The notes beneath the pieces were generated by a model that was not told the DNA's origin, did not search any database, and saw nothing but the letters and a program-made list of their open reading frames with translations. A DNA stretch of 64,000 nt from Burkholderiales bacterium. Its GTDB lineage: Bacteria; Pseudomonadota; Gammaproteobacteria; Burkholderiales; SG8-39. Shown here piece after piece: positions 30,955 through 40,823 of the stretch. Position numbers and translations under genes: made by a program. The first letter of the stretch is position 1; the number at the start of each line of letters is the position of its first letter. The stretch spans positions 1,197-65,196 of the forward strand of contig DATJXO010000091.1 of NCBI GenBank assembly GCA_035500055.1, read 5' to 3'.

Positions 30955-32313
30955 CTACTTCTTCGCCTTGGTCTCCTCGGCCAGCCGCTGCTCGAGGTAG
31001 TGGATCGAGGTGCCGCCGCGCAGGAAGCGGCTGTCGTGCAGCAGCTCGAGGTGCAGCGGGATGTTGGTCTGGATGCCTTCGACCACCATCTCCGAGAGCG
31101 CGATCCGCATGCGGCGAATCGCCTGCTCGCGCGTCGCGCCGTAAGCAATCACTTTCCCTACCATCGAGTCGTAGTGCGGCGGCACGCTGTAGCCGGCGTA
31201 TACGTGCGAGTCGACACGGATGCCCGGCCCGCCGGGCGGATGGTACGAGGTGATGCGGCCGGGCGAGGGCGTGAAGCGGAACGGATCCTCGGCGTTGATG
31301 CGGCACTCGATCGCGTGGCCCTTCAGCTGCACTTCCTTCTGCTTGAACGGCAGCTTCTCGCCAGCGGCGACCCGGATCTGCATCTGCACCAGGTCGAGGC
31401 CCGTGATCATCTCGGTCACCGGATGCTCGACCTGCAGCCGGGTGTTCATCTCGATGAAGTAGAACTCGCCGTCCTCGAACAGGAACTCGAAGGTGCCGGC
31501 GCCGCGGTAGCCGATCTTGCGGCAGGCGTCGGCGCAGCGCTCGCCGATCTTGTCGCGAAGCTTTGCCGCGAGCTCCGGTGCCGGCGCCTCCTCGAGCACC
31601 TTCTGGTGCCGCCGCTGCATCGAGCAGTCGCGCTCGCCCAGGAACACCGCGTTCTTGTGCTCGTCCGCCAGCACCTGGATCTCGATGTGGCGCGGGTTCT
31701 CGAGGAATTTCTCCAGGTAGACGGTGCCGTTGCCGAAGGCGGCGAGCGCCTCCTGGCGCGTCAGGCTGGCCGCGTTCAGCAGCGCCGCCTCCGTATGCAC
31801 GACGCGCATGCCGCGCCCCCCGCCGCCGGCGGCGGCCTTGATGATCACCGGGTAGCCGATCTTGCGCGCCAGCTTGACGATGTCCGCGCCGCTCTCCGGC
31901 AGAGGGCCCTCGGAGCCCGGGACCACCGGCACGCCCGCCTTGATCATCGCCTGCTTGGCGCTCACCTTGTCGCCCATGACCCGGATGTTCTCCGGCCGCG
32001 GCCCGACGAAGACGAAGCCGCTCGCCTCCACCTTCTCGGCGAAATCCGCGTTTTCGGAGAGGAAGCCGTAGCCGGGGTGGATCGCCTCCGCGTCGGTCAC
32101 CTCAGCGGCGCTGATGATCGCCGGGATGTTGAGGTAGCTCGCCGCCGCCGGCGCCGGGCCGATGCACACCGACTCGTCGGCGAGCTTGACGTACTTGGCC
32201 TCGGTGTCGGCCTCGGAATGGACCACCACGGTGCGGATGCCGAGCTCGCGGCAGGCGCGCTGGATGCGCAGCGCGATCTCGCCGCGGTTCGCGATCAGGA
32301 TCTTTTCGAACAC
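30955..32313 (-). CDS. accC: Acetyl-CoA carboxylase biotin carboxylase subunit
   Basis: [26 protein letters not shown]... Full-length at 452 aa. Confidence 0.96.
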   Translation of the reverse strand: MFEKILIANRGEIALRIQRACRELGIRTVVVHSEADTEAKYVKLADESVCIGPAPAAASYLNIPAIISAAEVTDAEAIHPGYGFLSENADFAEKVEASGFVFVGPRPENIRVMGDKVSAKQAMIKAGVPVVPGSEGPLPESGADIVKLARKIGYPVIIKAAAGGGGRGMRVVHTEAALLNAASLTRQEALAAFGNGTVYLEKFLENPRHIEIQVLADEHKNAVFLGERDCSMQRRHQKVLEEAPAPELAAKLRDKIGERCADACRKIGYRGAGTFEFLFEDGEFYFIEMNTRLQVEHPVTEMITGLDLVQMQIRVAAGEKLPFKQKEVQLKGHAIECRINAEDPFRFTPSPGRITSYHPPGGPGIRVDSHVYAGYSVPPHYDSMVGKVIAYGATREQAIRRMRIALSEMVVEGIQTNIPLHLELLHDSRFLRGGTSIHYLEQRLAEETKAKK

Positions 32314-32316
32314 CCG

Positions 32317-32775
<459 letters not shown>

Positions 32776-32818
32776 CCGAAACACCTCCGCGGTTGGCGGG
32801 CCGCGCCCGCCGGCGCCG

Positions 32819-33286
32819 CTAGGGACGCGATCCCTTCAGGCGCGCGATCGCGTAGGCGAGCGCGAGGTCGTAGCCGCGGCTGCCGAGGCCGAGCACGCTG
32901 CCCACCGCGACGGCAGTGAAATGCGAGTGGGCGCGCCAGGGCTCGCGCGCGTGAATGTTCGACAGGTGCACCTCGATGAACGGGATTTTCACCGCCGTCA
33001 GCGCGTCGCGCAGCGCGATGCTGGAGTAGGTGAAGGCGGCTGGATTGAGCAGGATGAAGCCGGTGCCGTCGGTGCGCGCCGCCTGCACCCGGTCGACGAG
33101 CACCCCTTCGTGGTTCGATTGCAGGCACTCGAGGCGCAGGCCCGCGCTTCGGGCGGTCTCCTGCAGACGGTGGTTGATCTGCTCGAGCGTCTCGCGGCCG
33201 TAGATCTCCGGCTCGCGCGTCCCGAGGAGGTTCAGGTTTGGCCCGTGCAGTGCGAGCAGGCCAAGGGATTTTGGCTTTTTCGTCAT
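32819..33286 (-). CDS. aroQ: Type II 3-dehydroquinate dehydratase
   Basis: Start re-set to [30 protein letters not shown]. ...[15 protein letters not shown]... Confidence 0.9.
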   Translation of the reverse strand: MTKKPKSLGLLALHGPNLNLLGTREPEIYGRETLEQINHRLQETARSAGLRLECLQSNHEGVLVDRVQAARTDGTGFILLNPAAFTYSSIALRDALTAVKIPFIEVHLSNIHAREPWRAHSHFTAVAVGSVLGLGSRGYDLALAYAIARLKGSRP

Positions 33287-33347
33287 TTTCGGCGAAGAAG
33301 GCGGCATTTTAGCCGACTTTGCCTGAGCCCCCTCCCCGCACCGAGGC

Positions 33348-33875
33348 TCAGTCGGCAGACAGGCGGCCGAGGATCTCCTCCAGCTCGGCACCGTGCAAGG
33401 CCCCAAGCTTGGTCGCGGCTACCCTTCCCTTGCGGTCCAGGAATACCGTAAACGGAAGGCCACCGCCGCTATCGCCGAGCTGCCGCATCAGGTCGAGACC
33501 GTCCGCCTCGGCGAGCAGCACCGGGTACTGTATTCCGTATTTAGATGCAAATTCCTTGACGTTCGATGAATTATCGACGGCGATACCGACTATTTCGACC
33601 CCTCTTGGGGCGTATTTCTCCCATGCCGACACGAGCAGCGGGACCTCCTCCCGGCACGGGGCGCACCAAGTCGCCCAGAAGTTGCAGACCAATACCCTGC
33701 CCTGCCATTCGGCGAGGTCGCGTTGCCGGCCCGCGAGATCCGGGAAGGTCGCCGCCGAAAGGACCGCGCCGGAGCCGCCCTTGCGCGTGAGCAGCGGGCC
33801 GAGGAAAAAGCCGGCGGCCGCGGCGGCAAGGCCCGCGGCGGCGAGGATCGCCGCTTCGCGCCTGCCCGGGTTCAT
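33348..33875 (-). CDS. TlpA-family thiol:disulfide oxidoreductase
   Basis: Start re-set to MNPGRREAAILAAAGLAAAAAGFF (membrane anchor). Thioredoxin motif WATWCAPCREE. Confidence 0.88.
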   Translation of the reverse strand: MNPGRREAAILAAAGLAAAAAGFFLGPLLTRKGGSGAVLSAATFPDLAGRQRDLAEWQGRVLVCNFWATWCAPCREEVPLLVSAWEKYAPRGVEIVGIAVDNSSNVKEFASKYGIQYPVLLAEADGLDLMRQLGDSGGGLPFTVFLDRKGRVAATKLGALHGAELEEILGRLSAD

Positions 33876-34480
33876 GCGCCCGCTTTGACCAGGGTCCCGA
33901 CCTCTGCGATGCCGGCGCGCGCCATGACGCGGCCCGCCTGCGAGCTCTTCAGCGCCAGCCGCTCGTCGCGCGGGTCGAATACAGACAGGCGCAGCGGCGC
34001 GCCGCGCCACTCCAGCGTCAGCACGGCCACGGCGTGGGCGCGATCGCCGGCATAGCGGCGCCCCTCGCTCGAGGCATAGGAGATGTTGCGGTTGAGAAGG
34101 AACAGCTCCACTTCCTTCAGGCTTTCCGGGAACAGCTGCAGCTCGATCTCGGCGTAGGGTCCCGCGGTGCCCGCGAGCACCGGCCCGGTGAGGTAGGGGC
34201 TGAAGCGCTCCAGCGCCTGCATCGTCTCGAGCGCGATCCGCCTCAGCTGCGCGATGCGCTCGGGATGCTCGTCAGCCTGGTACAGCGCGCGGTAGGCGCG
34301 CAGCTCGGCCTCGATCTCGTCGTTGCCCGGCAGGAACTCGGTGTCCGGCGCGCCCAGCGCGCGCGCCGCCTTGCGCTTCGCCAGCGCGTAGTCCTCGATG
34401 CCGTCGATCGCCATGATGCGCGCGGCTTCGGCGGCGATCCTCGCCCGCATGCCGTTCTGACGAGCGTTCTTGCGGGCCAT
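33872..34480 (-). CDS. Conserved hypothetical protein (202 aa)
   Basis: Only the last 202 codons of the 848-aa track ORF are non-antisense. MARKNARQNGMRARIAAEAARIMAIDGIEDYALAKRKAAR... ATGA overlap with the tlpA-like start. Confidence 0.65.
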   Translation of the reverse strand: MARKNARQNGMRARIAAEAARIMAIDGIEDYALAKRKAARALGAPDTEFLPGNDEIEAELRAYRALYQADEHPERIAQLRRIALETMQALERFSPYLTGPVLAGTAGPYAEIELQLFPESLKEVELFLLNRNISYASSEGRRYAGDRAHAVAVLTLEWRGAPLRLSVFDPRDERLALKSSQAGRVMARAGIAEVGTLVKAGA

Positions 34481-34482
34481 CG

Positions 34483-34498
34483 GCGATTGTACAATCGC
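34483..34498. promoter_or_regulatory. Perfect 16-bp palindrome carrying back-to-back TACAAT -10-like hexamers
   Basis: GCGATTGT|ACAATCGC. Lies 3 nt from ATG 34480 (minus gene) and 34 nt from ATG 34532 (mpl). Confidence 0.5.
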
Positions 34499-34531
34499 GT
34501 GCTTTCCGGACGCCGCCTCTCGGGCGCGGCG

Positions 34532-35893
34532 ATGGCCTCGGCGGTGCATCTCCACATCCTCGGCATCTGCGGCACGTTCATGGGCGGGATCGCGGCGATC
34601 GCGGCCCGGGCGGGCATGCGCGTGACCGGTTGCGATGCCGGCGTCTACCCGCCGATGAGCACCCAGCTCGCGGCGCTCGGCATCCAGCTGATCGAGGGCT
34701 ACGGCGCGGAGCAGCTCCGCCTGCAGCCGGACCTCTGGGTCGTGGGCAACGTCGTGACCCGGGGCAATCCGCTCATGGAGGCGATTCTCGACTCCGGCGC
34801 GCGGTACGTTTCTGGGCCGCAGTGGCTCGCCGAGAACTCGCTGGTCGGTAAGTGGGTACTGACTGTCGCTGGCACGCACGGCAAAACGACGACCGCCTCG
34901 ATGCTCGCCTGGGTACTCGAGCAGGCCGGTCACGCTCCCGGCTTCTTGATAGGAGGGATACCGCTCGATTTCGGGGTTTCGGCCCGCGGCGCCGACGACC
35001 GGCTCTTCGTGATCGAAGGGGACGAGTACGACACGGCGTTCTTCGACAAGCGATCCAAGTTCGTTCACTACCGGCCGAAGACAGTGATTCTGAACAATCT
35101 CGAGTTCGATCATGCAGACATCTTCGCCGATCTTGCAGACATCGAGCGTCAATTTCACCACTTGGTAAGGATTGTCCCCCGATCCGGCCTGATCGTCGCC
35201 AATGGGCGCGACGAGGCGCTCAAGCGGGTCCTCGCGCAAGGCTGCTGGACCCCGGTCGAGGAATTCGGGGTGCCGGCCGGGTGGGAGGCGGGCGCGCCGG
35301 ACGCAGACGGCAGCTGCGAGATCGCCTGGCAGGGGAGAGCGCTCGGCCGCCTGCGCTGGGGCCTCATCGGCGAGCACAACCGCCTCAACGCGCTCGCGGC
35401 GCTCGCGGCGGCACGTCACGCCGGGGTCGCTCCCGAGACGGCGATCGAGGCGCTCGGCCGCTTCCGCGGCGTGCGGCGCAGGCTGGAACTGCGGGGCACC
35501 GCGCGAGGGGTACGCCTGTATGACGATTTCGCGCACCATCCGACCGCGATCCGCGAGACGCTCGCGGCCCTGCGCCAGCGGGAGCGCGCCTCGCGCATCC
35601 TCGCGGTCTTTGAGCCGCGCTCGAACACCCTCAAGCGCGGGGTGCTGAAGGAGGCGCTGCCTTCGAGCTTCGCCCAGGCAGATCGCGTCTTCGTCTACGG
35701 CGGCGGCATCGCCTGGGACGCTGCCGGGCTGTTCGCGGCGCTCGGGGCGCGCGCCCGGGTGGAGGCCGACCTGGAGCGGCTGGTGGCCGCGGTCGCCGCG
35801 GAAGCGCGCGAGGGCGACCGGATCGCGGTGATGTCCAACGGCGGCTTCGGCGGCATCCACGACAAGCTGCTCGCGGCCCTTGCCGCGGCCTAG
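34532..35893 (+). CDS. mpl: UDP-N-acetylmuramate:L-alanyl-gamma-D-glutamyl-meso-diaminopimelate ligase
   Basis: (MASA)VHLHILGICGTFMGGIAAIAARAG..., VAGTHGKTTTASM, EGDEYDTAFFDKRSKF. Start is ATG 34532, or possibly GTG 34544. Confidence 0.92.
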   Translation: MASAVHLHILGICGTFMGGIAAIAARAGMRVTGCDAGVYPPMSTQLAALGIQLIEGYGAEQLRLQPDLWVVGNVVTRGNPLMEAILDSGARYVSGPQWLAENSLVGKWVLTVAGTHGKTTTASMLAWVLEQAGHAPGFLIGGIPLDFGVSARGADDRLFVIEGDEYDTAFFDKRSKFVHYRPKTVILNNLEFDHADIFADLADIERQFHHLVRIVPRSGLIVANGRDEALKRVLAQGCWTPVEEFGVPAGWEAGAPDADGSCEIAWQGRALGRLRWGLIGEHNRLNALAALAAARHAGVAPETAIEALGRFRGVRRRLELRGTARGVRLYDDFAHHPTAIRETLAALRQRERASRILAVFEPRSNTLKRGVLKEALPSSFAQADRVFVYGGGIAWDAAGLFAALGARARVEADLERLVAAVAAEAREGDRIAVMSNGGFGGIHDKLLAALAAA

Positions 35894-36463
35894 ATGCGGC
35901 TCGTCTACCTGCACGGCTTCAACAGCTCGCCAGCCTCGCACAAGGCGCAGGTCCTGAAGGCGTACCTGGAGGCGAGGGGACTGGGCGCGTGCTACGCCTG
36001 CCCGGCGCTGCCGCCGCGCGCCGGCGAGGCGGTCGAGGAAATCGAGCGGCTGCGGCCGGACCGGGAAACCTGCCTGGTAGGCTCCTCGCTCGGCGGTTAC
36101 TACGCGACGCATGTCGCCGAGAAGCACGGCTGCCGGGCGGTGCTGATCAATCCCGCGATCGACCCGCACACCGGGCTGCAGGCCTATCTGGGCCCGCAGG
36201 CGAACCTGCACACCGGCGCCCCCTACGAGCTGACGCGCGCGCACCTCGAGGCCTGGCGCGCGCTGTGGGTCGGGCGCATCGATCCGGAGCGCTACCTGCT
36301 GCTGCTCGAGACCGGCGACGAGCTGCTCGACTGGCGCCGCGCGGTCGCCCGCTACGAGGGCGCGCGCATGGCGATCCGGCAAGGGGGCGATCACACGCTG
36401 CAGAGCTTTCCAGAGCACCTCGAGCGGATCCTCGCGTTCGCCCGGCTGCCGGTCCGAGCGTGA
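35894..36463 (+). CDS. yqiA: YqiA-family alpha/beta esterase
   Basis: MRLVYLHGFNSSPASHKA..., nucleophile elbow GSSLGG, ...GGDHTLQSF. Confidence 0.85.
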   Translation: MRLVYLHGFNSSPASHKAQVLKAYLEARGLGACYACPALPPRAGEAVEEIERLRPDRETCLVGSSLGGYYATHVAEKHGCRAVLINPAIDPHTGLQAYLGPQANLHTGAPYELTRAHLEAWRALWVGRIDPERYLLLLETGDELLDWRRAVARYEGARMAIRQGGDHTLQSFPEHLERILAFARLPVRA

Positions 36464-38310
36464 ACCTGCTGTACGAGGAGGAGGGCGAGTTCAAGGTCGG
36501 GGCGGTGCTCGCCGAGAGCCCGGCCTCGTACCAGGTCGAGAGCCTGCGCGGCAGACGCTCCAAGGTGAAGGCCGCGAACGTGGTGCTCGCGTTCGAGCGC
36601 CCCTCGGGCGCCGAGCTGCTCCGCGAAGCCGAGCAGTTCGCCGCCGGCATCGATACGGAGTTCCTCTGGCAATGCAGCGGCCGCGGCGAGTTCGGCTTCC
36701 GCGAGCTGGCGCGCGAGTACGTGGGCCGCGAGCCGGCGCCGGGCGAGGCCGCGGGCGTGCTGTTCAAGCTGCACGCGGCGCCGATGTACTTTCACCGCCG
36801 CGGCCGCGGCCGCTACCAGGCGGCGCCGGCGGAGACGCTGAAGCTCGCGCTCGCGGCGATCGAGAAGAAACGGCAGCTGCAGGAGCGGATCGCGGGCTGG
36901 GCGGCGCGCCTGGAGCGCTTCGAGTGCCCGCCGGAGGTCGCGGCGCTGCGCGAGGAGCTGCTCTACGCGCCGGACCGGTCCAAGCCCGAGACCAAGGCCT
37001 TCGAGCAAGCCTGCGCCGCCGCCGGCCTCAGCGCGGCGCGGCTTCTCGAGCGCTGCGGCCTGCTCGGCGACAGCCACGCGTACCACCTCGGGCGCTTCCT
37101 GCACGAGTTCCCTGCGCACCGCGCCGGCTTCGCACCGCATCCGCCGCCGGCGCAGGCCACCGGCCTGCCGCTCGCGCCGGTCGCGGCGTTCAGCCTCGAC
37201 GACGCTGGCACGACCGAGATCGACGACGCCTTCTCGGTCGTGCGCGCCTCGCCTGAATCTCTGCGCGTCGGCATCCACATCGCCGCGCCCGCGCTCGCGT
37301 TCGCGCCTGGATCGCCGCTCGACGCGATCGCCCGCGAGCGGCTCTCGACGGTCTATTTGCCGGGTGCGAAGTACACCATGCTGCCGGAGGACGCGGTGGC
37401 GCGCCTGTCGCTCGACGAGTCGAGCGAGCGCGCCGTGGTGTCCCTGTATTTCGACGTCGGCGGCGACGGTGAGCCGCGCGGCCGCAGCACGCGGCTGGAG
37501 CGCGTGCGCATCGCGGCCAACCTGCGCCATGGCACGCACGAGGCGCTGAACGAGGCGTTCGAGCGGGGAGAGGAGGGCGGCGGGCTCGCCTTCGAGGAGG
37601 AGCTGCGCGCGCTATGGCGCCTCGCGTGCGCGCTGGAGCGGCGCCGCGGGCGGCCGAGCACCGGCGCGGCGCAGCCCGAGTACGTATTCAGGGTCGAGGA
37701 AGGGCGCGTCGCGATCGAGCAGCGTCGGCGCGGCGCGCCGCTCGACAAGACCGTGGCCGAGCTGATGATCCTCGCCAACGCGACCTGGGGCGAACTGCTC
37801 GCCGAGCGCGACGTCGCCGCGATCTACCGCGTGCAGGCCGCCGGCAAGGTGCGCATGAGCGTGCATCCGGAACTGCACGACTCGCTCGGGGTCTCAAGCT
37901 ACGCCTGGTTCACCTCGCCGCTGCGCCGCTACGTCGACCTCGTCAACCAGTGGCAGCTCGCCGCGGCGCTGCGCGGCGAGCGCGCGCCGTTCGGCCGCAA
38001 CGCCGAGGGCCTCCTCGCCGCACTGCGTGCCTACGAGGTCGCCGCGGCGCGCTACGACGAGCACCAGCGCGCGCTCGAGACCTACTGGTGCCTGCGCTGG
38101 CTCGAGCAGGAGCGAGTCGCCGAAGCCGACGCGCTGGTGCTGCGCGAGAACCTGGTGCGCTTCGAACAGCTGCCGCTCGCGTTGCGCGTACCCTCGCTGC
38201 CCGAGCTCGCGCCCGGCAGCCGAGTGCGGCTGGCAATCGGCGCGATCGACCTGCTCGGGCGTACGATGAGCTGCACCTGGCGTGCCACGCTCGGGCAGGC
38301 GCAGCCCTAA
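36460..38310 (+). CDS. RNB-domain exoribonuclease (RNase II family)
   Basis: GTG start (GTGA overlap) giving VNLLYEEEGEFKVGAVL. RNB motifs TTEIDDAFS and YAWFTSPLRRYVDLVNQ. Confidence 0.88.
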   Translation: MNLLYEEEGEFKVGAVLAESPASYQVESLRGRRSKVKAANVVLAFERPSGAELLREAEQFAAGIDTEFLWQCSGRGEFGFRELAREYVGREPAPGEAAGVLFKLHAAPMYFHRRGRGRYQAAPAETLKLALAAIEKKRQLQERIAGWAARLERFECPPEVAALREELLYAPDRSKPETKAFEQACAAAGLSAARLLERCGLLGDSHAYHLGRFLHEFPAHRAGFAPHPPPAQATGLPLAPVAAFSLDDAGTTEIDDAFSVVRASPESLRVGIHIAAPALAFAPGSPLDAIARERLSTVYLPGAKYTMLPEDAVARLSLDESSERAVVSLYFDVGGDGEPRGRSTRLERVRIAANLRHGTHEALNEAFERGEEGGGLAFEEELRALWRLACALERRRGRPSTGAAQPEYVFRVEEGRVAIEQRRRGAPLDKTVAELMILANATWGELLAERDVAAIYRVQAAGKVRMSVHPELHDSLGVSSYAWFTSPLRRYVDLVNQWQLAAALRGERAPFGRNAEGLLAALRAYEVAAARYDEHQRALETYWCLRWLEQERVAEADALVLRENLVRFEQLPLALRVPSLPELAPGSRVRLAIGAIDLLGRTMSCTWRATLGQAQP

Positions 38311-38345
38311 AGGCCTAGAATGGCGGCGTTTTTTCTGAGCACGGG

Positions 38346-39263
38346 GTGAATTTGCAGGGCAACGCCGCGAACTTGCTGCTCGACCCGCTCGAGTACTGGG
38401 GCGGGCTCGACCGCCAGTCGCGCCTGCTGGCGATCTCGGTCGGGGCGTCAGTCCTGTTCCACGGCGCGCTGCTCGCCTTCCATTTCCACTTTCCCGACAG
38501 CCTGCGCTGGAAGTCGCCCGACCAGCCGCTCGAAGTGGTGCTGGTCAACGCCAGGACGCAAGAGCGGCCGACGCGCGCCGACGCGCTGGCGCAGGCGAAC
38601 CTTGCCGGCGGCGGCAACACCGACGAGCACCGGCACGCCACCACCGCGCTGCCGGTGACGCATCCGCATGCGCCGGGGCGGGAGCTGGTCGAGATGAGGC
38701 GCCGCCAGCAGGCGCTGGAAGCGCAGCAGCGCAAGCTTCTGGCGCAGGCGCGCGAGACGCGCGCCGCGGTCGCCACGGAGTCCGAGCACCAGGCGTCCGC
38801 CGAGGAGCCGACGCCGCAGATCTCGGGGCGCGACGCGGCGGACCGCGCGCTCGCCATGATGCAGCTGCAGGCGCAGATCGACCGCGAGACGCGCGAGTAC
38901 CAGCAGCGGCCGAGGAAGCTGTTCATCGGCGCGCGCGCCACCGAGTACCGCTTCGCCCAGTACGAGGAAGACTGGCGCGCCAAGGTCGAGCGCGTCGGTA
39001 CCCTCAACTACCCGAGCGAGGCGCGCGGCAAGCTCTACGGCAATCTGCGCCTTACCGTGACGCTCGCGGCCGACGGCTCGGTGGTGCGCGTGGACCTGGA
39101 CCGCTCCTCCGGGCTGAAGGTGCTCGACCAGGCCGCCTTCCGCATCGTGCACATGGCCGCGCCGTACGCGGCGTTCCCGCCGTCGATTCGCAAGGACTAC
39201 GACCAGGTCGTGATCACGCGGACCTGGTTTTTCGGCCAAGGCGACAGGATCTGGACTCAATAG
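38346..39263 (+). CDS. TonB C-terminal-domain energy-transducer-like protein
   Basis: N-terminal TM (LLAISVGASVLFHGALLAF). C-terminal YPSEARGKLYGNLRLTVTLAADGSVVRVDLDRSSGLKVLDQAAFRIV. GTG start. Confidence 0.78.
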   Translation: MNLQGNAANLLLDPLEYWGGLDRQSRLLAISVGASVLFHGALLAFHFHFPDSLRWKSPDQPLEVVLVNARTQERPTRADALAQANLAGGGNTDEHRHATTALPVTHPHAPGRELVEMRRRQQALEAQQRKLLAQARETRAAVATESEHQASAEEPTPQISGRDAADRALAMMQLQAQIDRETREYQQRPRKLFIGARATEYRFAQYEEDWRAKVERVGTLNYPSEARGKLYGNLRLTVTLAADGSVVRVDLDRSSGLKVLDQAAFRIVHMAAPYAAFPPSIRKDYDQVVITRTWFFGQGDRIWTQ

Positions 39264-39264
39264 C

Positions 39265-40065
39265 GTGGCCGACCGCTACGCGGTGATCGGCAACCCCGTC
39301 GCGCACTCCAAGTCGCCCTGGATCCACGCCGAGTTCGCGCGCCAGACGGGCGATGCGGTCGAGTATGGCGCGATCGAGGCGCCGCTCGGCGGCTTCGCCG
39401 CGGCGGTCGGGGCGTTCCGCGCCGCCGGCGGGCGCGGGCTGAACGTCACGCTGCCGTTCAAGCAGGAGGCGTTCCGCTACTGCCGCGACGCGACCGCGCG
39501 GGCGCGCGCTGCGGCGGCCGTCAACACCCTCAGCTTCGCGGGCGAGGCGGTGAGCGGCGACAACACCGACGGCGCCGGGCTGGTGACCGACCTCGAGTCG
39601 AACCTCGGCTTCGCGATCGCGGGCCGCCGCGTGCTGCTGCTCGGCGCTGGCGGCGCCGCGCGCGGCGTCGTCGGGCCGCTGCTCGAGCGCGCGCCGGCGG
39701 CGCTGGCGATCGCGAACCGCACCGTCGCGCGCGGCGAGGCGCTGGCGGCGGCGTTCCGCGGCGTGCGCGCGACCGGCTTCGAAGGCCTCGCCGGGGAGTC
39801 GTTCGACCTGGTGGTGAACGCGACCTCGGCGGGCCTGGAGGACCGGGCGCCGCCGCTGCCGCCGGGGATCTTCGCCGCCGGCGCGCTCGCCTACGACATG
39901 GTCTACGGCCGCGAGACGCCGTTCCTGCGCCTGGCGCGCGCCGCCGGCGCCGCCGCGCGCGACGGGCTCGGCATGCTGGTCGAGCAGGCCGCCGAGTCGT
40001 TCCTGGTCTGGCGCGGCGTGCGGCCGCGGACCGCGCCGGTGCTCGAGGCGCTGCGCCGGGGCTAG
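39265..40065 (+). CDS. aroE: Shikimate dehydrogenase
   Basis: YAVIGNPVAHSKSPWIHAEF, NVTLPFKQEA, LLLGAGGAARG. GTG start. Confidence 0.92.
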   Translation: MADRYAVIGNPVAHSKSPWIHAEFARQTGDAVEYGAIEAPLGGFAAAVGAFRAAGGRGLNVTLPFKQEAFRYCRDATARARAAAAVNTLSFAGEAVSGDNTDGAGLVTDLESNLGFAIAGRRVLLLGAGGAARGVVGPLLERAPAALAIANRTVARGEALAAAFRGVRATGFEGLAGESFDLVVNATSAGLEDRAPPLPPGIFAAGALAYDMVYGRETPFLRLARAAGAAARDGLGMLVEQAAESFLVWRGVRPRTAPVLEALRRG

Positions 40066-40070
40066 CTGGC

Positions 40071-40781
40071 GTGGCGCGCGGCCGGCGGCGCGGCGTGTGG
40101 AGGATCGCGGGCCTCGCGCTCGCGCTGACGCTTGCGGGCGCGGCCGCGCTGCAGCTGTGGTTCTTCGCCCACGTGCTCTGGTGGCGCGACCACAATCCCG
40201 CGAGCAGCGCCTTCATGGCGCGGCGGCTCGAGCAGATGCGCGAGAAGAATCCGCGCGCCCGGCTCAGCCATCGCTGGGTGGACTACGGCCGCATCTCGGT
40301 GCACCTGAAGCGCGCGGTGGTCGCCTCCGAGGACGCCAAGTTCCTCGGCCACGAGGGCTTCGACTGGGAGGCGATCGAGAAGGCGATCGAGAAGAACGAG
40401 CGCAAGGGCAGGGTGGTCGCGGGCGCCTCCACCATCAGCCAGCAGCTGGCGAAGAACCTGTTCCTCTCCGGCGAGCGCTCCTGGATGCGCAAGGGCGAGG
40501 AGGCGGCGATCACGTGGATGCTGGAGAGCGTGATGTCCAAGCGCCGCATCCTCGAGCTCTACCTGAACTTCGCCGAATGGGGCGACGGCGTGTTCGGCGC
40601 GGAAGCCGCGGCGCGCTACCACTTCGGCGTCGGCGCCGCGGAACTCACCGCGTGGCAGGCGGCATGGCTGGCGGCGATCCTGCCGAGCCCGCGGCGCTAC
40701 GCGCACGGGCATACCACCCGCTACCTCGACGGCCGCGTAGAGACTATCCTCGGGCGCATGCCCGGCGCGCAGATTCCCTGA
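40071..40781 (+). CDS. mtgA: Monofunctional biosynthetic peptidoglycan transglycosylase
   Basis: VVASEDAKFLGHEGFDWEAI, GASTISQQLAKNLFL, ILELYLNFAEWG. Confidence 0.92.
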   Translation: MARGRRRGVWRIAGLALALTLAGAAALQLWFFAHVLWWRDHNPASSAFMARRLEQMREKNPRARLSHRWVDYGRISVHLKRAVVASEDAKFLGHEGFDWEAIEKAIEKNERKGRVVAGASTISQQLAKNLFLSGERSWMRKGEEAAITWMLESVMSKRRILELYLNFAEWGDGVFGAEAAARYHFGVGAAELTAWQAAWLAAILPSPRRYAHGHTTRYLDGRVETILGRMPGAQIP

Positions 40782-40823
40782 TGCCGTGAGCGGATTTCCG
40801 GCGCGCCTCGGCAGCGACCGGCG

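Noticed and set aside
34481-36418. 5' two-thirds of the 848-aa minus-strand ORF 33872..36418
   Set aside because: This part is antisense to mpl and yqiA, which have clear motifs. Only the last 202 codons (from MARKNARQNG, ATG 34480) occupy otherwise non-coding space and are kept.
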